Below the pieces are notes generated by a model. The model ran no database searches and was not told the DNA's origin. It was given only the letters and a program-made list of their open reading frames with translations. The position numbers were made by a program, and so were the translations under genes. From assembly GCA_045638405.1 (NCBI GenBank), contig JAZUBG010000240.1:1-38062 (forward strand): a DNA stretch of 38,062 bases. Reading direction: 5' to 3'. This stretch comes from Eubacteriales bacterium (GTDB taxonomy: Bacteria; Bacillota; Clostridia; Oscillospirales; CAG-272). This document shows, one piece after another, positions 34,419 to 38,062 of this stretch. Numbering within the stretch: the first letter of the stretch is position 1; each line of letters opens with the position of its first letter.

Positions 34419-34480
34419 AGAGTGAAAAATCCCACGGAAGTTTAAAATAATACAACAATATTTTAACTTTTGGAGGGTAT

Positions 34481-35995
34481 ATGAGATTATCCGAGCTTTT
34501 TCGCGGAGTTGATGTGGTAAAGTGGAATGTCAAGTGTGACCGAGATGTAACTCACATCACTTCGGACTCAAGATGTGTTCTTAAAGACGGAATGTTTATC
34601 TGTATCAAAGGTAACAGTACCGACGGTCATGAGTATGTAGATGAAGCCTTAAGGCGCGGTGCTTCGGTTATAGTGGCATCGGACGAGACTGCGATTCCGG
34701 AAGGGGTCGAATCGGTCATCACCGATAACACAAGACTTGCGGAAGCTCATATATGGAATAACTGGTACTCGCGACCGACAGACGGCATGAAGACCGTTGC
34801 GGTCACGGGTACCAACGGTAAAACTACAACTGTACTTCTTCTGCGGGCGATCTTCCGTGCCGCAGGAAAGCGTGTGGGAGTCATAACTACCCTAAAGGCG
34901 ATGGCAGAGGATGAGATAATTGGTAACCATAAACTATCATCAGTCTCTGACAAAGTGTGTTCCATGACAACTCCCGACCCGGAGTATTTCTACGGGTGTA
35001 TATATTTAATGAAACAAAAAGGGATTGATACCCTCATTTTCGAGGCGTCGTCCCATGCACTGTCCCAAAATAAGCTTGACCCATTGAAAATTGACATGGC
35101 TGTGTTTACCAATCTCAGCCGTGAGCACCTCGATTATCACGGTGACATGGAAAGTTACTTTGCGGCAAAAAGACATCTCTCAGACCTTTCGGATAAATTG
35201 ACCTTGAATGCGGATGACGGATATTTGAGACGACTGCTTGTCGGTGAAAATAATAAGAAAGTAACTTCGGTTAGTGCCGATCCCGCGTCAGTCGGCTTCC
35301 GTATTGCCGATGTTACCGCACTGTGCAGAAACAAACTGGGACTTCACGGAGTAGAGTACATATATTTCTCGAAAAACGCAGTTTTTAAGGTGAAAAGTCC
35401 AATGATAGGGGACTTTACCGTGTACAACTCGCTTCTTGCCGCAGCGGCAGCGATGAAAATGGGCATTGAGGCTGAGTCGGTACGTGATGGAATCGCAAAT
35501 CTTGCGGGTGTTGACGGCAGACTTGAGACAGTATATCTCGGAAGAGACGATTTGAAGTTTCAGGTACTCATTGATTATGCCCACACTCCCGCAGCGCTTG
35601 AAGGTATGCTCAGAACGGTTCGGGAGTGCAGACGGAACGATCAGAAGATCACTCTGCTCTTCGGTTGCGGAGGAGAACGTGACAGGGGAAAACGCCGTGA
35701 AATGGGTGCGGTGGCATCAAGACTTGCCGATTTTGTTATAATTACATCGGATAACTGTCGAGGCGAAGAGGCCCATGAGATAATCTGTGAAATATTACTT
35801 GGAATCGATAAAGAAAAACCATACAAGGTGATACCTGACAGGCGAAGTGCTATTGAGTATGCCATAACAACCGCAGGTGATGGAGATATTATAATTCTTG
35901 CCGGTAAAGGTCATGAAAAATACGAAATAATACGGGGCGAAATGATCCCGTTTGATGAATGTGAAATTGCAAGACGTGCCGCAGCGAAACTTTAA
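34481..35995 (+). CDS. murE: UDP-N-acetylmuramoyl-L-alanyl-D-glutamate--2,6-diaminopimelate ligase
   Basis: GGAGG RBS. P-loop VTGTNGKTTT, plus DYAHTP and GCGGERD blocks. The specificity motif reads DNCR (35750-35761) where DAP-type enzymes normally have DNPR. Confidence 0.9.
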   Translation: MRLSELFRGVDVVKWNVKCDRDVTHITSDSRCVLKDGMFICIKGNSTDGHEYVDEALRRGASVIVASDETAIPEGVESVITDNTRLAEAHIWNNWYSRPTDGMKTVAVTGTNGKTTTVLLLRAIFRAAGKRVGVITTLKAMAEDEIIGNHKLSSVSDKVCSMTTPDPEYFYGCIYLMKQKGIDTLIFEASSHALSQNKLDPLKIDMAVFTNLSREHLDYHGDMESYFAAKRHLSDLSDKLTLNADDGYLRRLLVGENNKKVTSVSADPASVGFRIADVTALCRNKLGLHGVEYIYFSKNAVFKVKSPMIGDFTVYNSLLAAAAAMKMGIEAESVRDGIANLAGVDGRLETVYLGRDDLKFQVLIDYAHTPAALEGMLRTVRECRRNDQKITLLFGCGGERDRGKRREMGAVASRLADFVIITSDNCRGEEAHEIICEILLGIDKEKPYKVIPDRRSAIEYAITTAGDGDIIILAGKGHEKYEIIRGEMIPFDECEIARRAAAKL

Positions 35996-36036
35996 GCGGC
36001 TTCAACATAACAGGACTGCAGAAAGGAAGGATCACA

Positions 36037-37491
36037 ATGAGTGTAGAACTTAAACTTAGAACACCGAGCATTAAAGAGCTTGCCGAAATTGTCGGAGGCA
36101 AGACAGAGTGCTTTGGAAATATTGATACCGATAGCAGAATCACATCTGTTACAACATCTTCGGGAGAAGCCGTGGGTGGAACGCTGTTTTGTGCGATCAA
36201 AGGAACGAGAGTTGACGGTGCAGACTTCATTCCCGATGCCGTTTCACGCGGAGCTGTGTGCGTTATGACGGTTAACGTTCCGGATGCTGTAAAGGATTGC
36301 GGAAGCTTCGCGGCAATCGTGGTTGATGACGTGATCCTCGCTCTTGGAAGATTTGCTGAGTGGTACAGAAATCAGTCCAAGGCAACTTTCGTTGCTATCA
36401 CCGGAAGTGTTGGTAAAACGACGACTAAGGAATTTATTGCTTCTGTTGCCGGTGCGAGATTCGTTACTCACAAAACTCAGGGAAACTATAACAACGAGCT
36501 TGGACTTCCTCTTACTCTTCTCGGTCTCAGCGCTGAGGATGAAGTGTCCGTAATCGAGCTTGGCATGAGCGATCTCGGTGAGATTGAATATATGTCAAAG
36601 ATCGTAAAACCCGATATAGCTATCGTTACTAATATCGGTACCTCTCACCTTGCAACTCTCGGTACAAGAGAGAACATCTGTAAGGCAAAGCTGGAGATCG
36701 CGACGGGCCTGAAGGAAGACGGAATCCTTCTTATCAACGCTGATGAGCCTCTGCTTGTTGAAAAACGTGATGAAATCGCCAAAAAAGTCGGACTGATGAG
36801 TATCTATAACAGAATCGGTGATTATAGAGCACTTAATATCAGAACGGGTGTCGATGGAATCACTTTCGACATGATCTATGATAATAAAGCAATAACAAAT
36901 ATTGAGATCCCGATACTCGGAAAACATAATGTATACAATGCTCTTACAGCCTATGCTGTGGGAACGATCCTCGGAATGACTGACGAGGAGATCAGACGTG
37001 GCCTTCTCAGTTTCGTCAGTGCTGAGAGACGTCAGAGAATTTACGAGGTCGGAAATCTGACAATTATCGATGACTGTTACAACGCCAGCCCCGAGTCAAT
37101 GCGTGCGGCCCTTGACGTGCTTGCATCTTTCTCGTCAAGACAGGGTAAGCGTCCTCTTGCCCTTCTCGGTGATATGCTTGAGCTTGGTGATTACTCACGT
37201 CTCATGCACGATCAGCTTGGCCAGTATGCGGCACAGTCAAAGGTGTCAAAGCTTTTTTGTTACGGTATGATGAGTGACATCGTAGCCGAAGCTGCAATAA
37301 AGAAGGGTATTAGAGCTGAAAATGTATTTGTATGTCTCGATACCAGAGACCCTCAAACTATGGCTGATATGATATTCCAGTCACTTGAACCGGGGGACGT
37401 ACTTCTCGTTAAAGCGAGTCGTGCGATCCATGCTGAAAAGGTAATCGAATGCCTCAAGAAAAGAATAAATAAATCAAAGGCAAGGATATAA
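36037..37491 (+). CDS. murF: UDP-N-acetylmuramoyl-tripeptide--D-alanyl-D-alanine ligase
   Basis: ITGSVGKTTTKE P-loop, plus NYNNELGLPLTLL, DDCYNASPESM and LGDMLELG. Confidence 0.92.
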   Translation: MSVELKLRTPSIKELAEIVGGKTECFGNIDTDSRITSVTTSSGEAVGGTLFCAIKGTRVDGADFIPDAVSRGAVCVMTVNVPDAVKDCGSFAAIVVDDVILALGRFAEWYRNQSKATFVAITGSVGKTTTKEFIASVAGARFVTHKTQGNYNNELGLPLTLLGLSAEDEVSVIELGMSDLGEIEYMSKIVKPDIAIVTNIGTSHLATLGTRENICKAKLEIATGLKEDGILLINADEPLLVEKRDEIAKKVGLMSIYNRIGDYRALNIRTGVDGITFDMIYDNKAITNIEIPILGKHNVYNALTAYAVGTILGMTDEEIRRGLLSFVSAERRQRIYEVGNLTIIDDCYNASPESMRAALDVLASFSSRQGKRPLALLGDMLELGDYSRLMHDQLGQYAAQSKVSKLFCYGMMSDIVAEAAIKKGIRAENVFVCLDTRDPQTMADMIFQSLEPGDVLLVKASRAIHAEKVIECLKKRINKSKARI

Positions 37492-37493
37492 CT

Positions 37494-38062
37494 ATGATAT
37501 ATAAAATAATGGCGGCATCAGCCCTCGTTGTAACGTTTGTGCTGACAGTTCTTTTTTCAAGAAAGCTTATTCCCGTGTTGAAAAGCAAGAAAATGGGACA
37601 GAAGATCCTTGATATCGGACCGAGATGGCATAAGAGCAAGGAAGGTACACCTACGATGGGCGGAATCGCTTTTATCGCGGCAATGCTTATCGTCGGAGCA
37701 ATCGTTTCTGCGGTTATCTGGGTGCTTGACGGTGCAGATGTGGCACTTCCTCTTATATTTACTCTCGGACTTGGACTCGCAGGTGGTCTTATCGGTTGTG
37801 TTGACGATGCAGCGAAACTGAGAAACAAGCGTAACGAGGGTCTTACAGCGGCACAGAAGTTCCTTTTGCAGCTTGTGGCGGCGGCACTCTACCTTTTCGG
37901 TATGGCTATGGTATTCGGAATAAACACAGAAATCTATATTCCTTTTGCTGACGTTACTCTTGAACTTGGTATCGCTTATTACATAGTGTCGCTTATACTC
38001 ATCTGCGGAATGCTTAACAGCGTAAACCTTACGGTCGGTATAGACGGTCTTGCTTCATCTGT
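37494..38062 (+). CDS. mraY: Phospho-N-acetylmuramoyl-pentapeptide transferase, N-terminal 189 codons (runs off the window end)
   Basis: Not in the ORF track because there is no stop in the window. My translation from ATG 37494 reads MIYKIMAASALVVTFVLTVLFSRKLIPVLKSKKMGQKILDIGPRWHKSKEGTPTMGGIAFI... It contains the conserved HxxKxGTPTMGG block and starts 2 nt after the murF stop. Confidence 0.9.
   Translation, partial: MIYKIMAASALVVTFVLTVLFSRKLIPVLKSKKMGQKILDIGPRWHKSKEGTPTMGGIAFIAAMLIVGAIVSAVIWVLDGADVALPLIFTLGLGLAGGLIGCVDDAAKLRNKRNEGLTAAQKFLLQLVAAALYLFGMAMVFGINTEIYIPFADVTLELGIAYYIVSLILICGMLNSVNLTVGIDGLASS

Noticed and set aside
1-38062. Search for CRISPR arrays, tRNA/rRNA genes, integrases, toxin-antitoxin pairs or recognisable defence genes
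   Set aside because: I saw no regularly spaced direct repeats, no cloverleaf-compatible segments in the intergenic regions, and no recombinase, nuclease or ATPase combinations typical of defence islands. Apart from the 19.8-21.3 kb islet, the window reads as core chromosome.

Overview
This window looks like a chromosomal core segment of a spore-forming Clostridia genome (Oscillospiraceae/Ruminococcaceae-like by gene content; that placement is inference). I call 38 protein-coding genes, two of which are cut by the window edges. I found no rRNA, tRNA or CRISPR by eye. The right third (29.7-38.1 kb) is a canonical dcw cluster: mraZ-rsmH-ftsL-PBP-murE-murF-mraY. The centre carries nfo-gatC(like)-gatA-gatB, an XRE-HTH/TPR regulator, spo0A, a cyclophilin, an LRR lipoprotein and a YfcE-type phosphoesterase. 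The left third carries a nucleoside hydrolase, three tandem paralogous ~515-aa solute-binding-type lipoproteins with no permease genes, meso-DAP dehydrogenase (ddh), a glycosidase-like/PLP-decarboxylase operon and a PrsA-like foldase. I see no convincing multi-gene novel system such as a defence island. The items most worth follow-up are listed below. (1) A ~210-nt intergenic region at 8449-8660 (minus strand) has a long interrupted closing helix with strand-specific G.U pairing and a U-tract, so it is a candidate structured RNA or attenuator that I could not assign to any known family. (2) A Y1/HUH (RAYT/IS200-like) transposase-like gene carries two REP-like hairpin units in-frame, forming a 25/26-nt inverted repeat. 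A degenerate third copy lies upstream, and an AT-rich S51-peptidase gene sits next to it. (3) The three solute-binding lipoprotein genes are orphans. (4) A three-gene operon of small uncharacterised proteins lies near spo0A. (5) A 490-bp intergenic region is full of nested palindromes. (6) An RRNPP-like HTH-TPR regulator sits directly upstream of the dcw promoter with an operator-like palindrome. All family assignments come from motif recognition by eye and memory. No searches were run.
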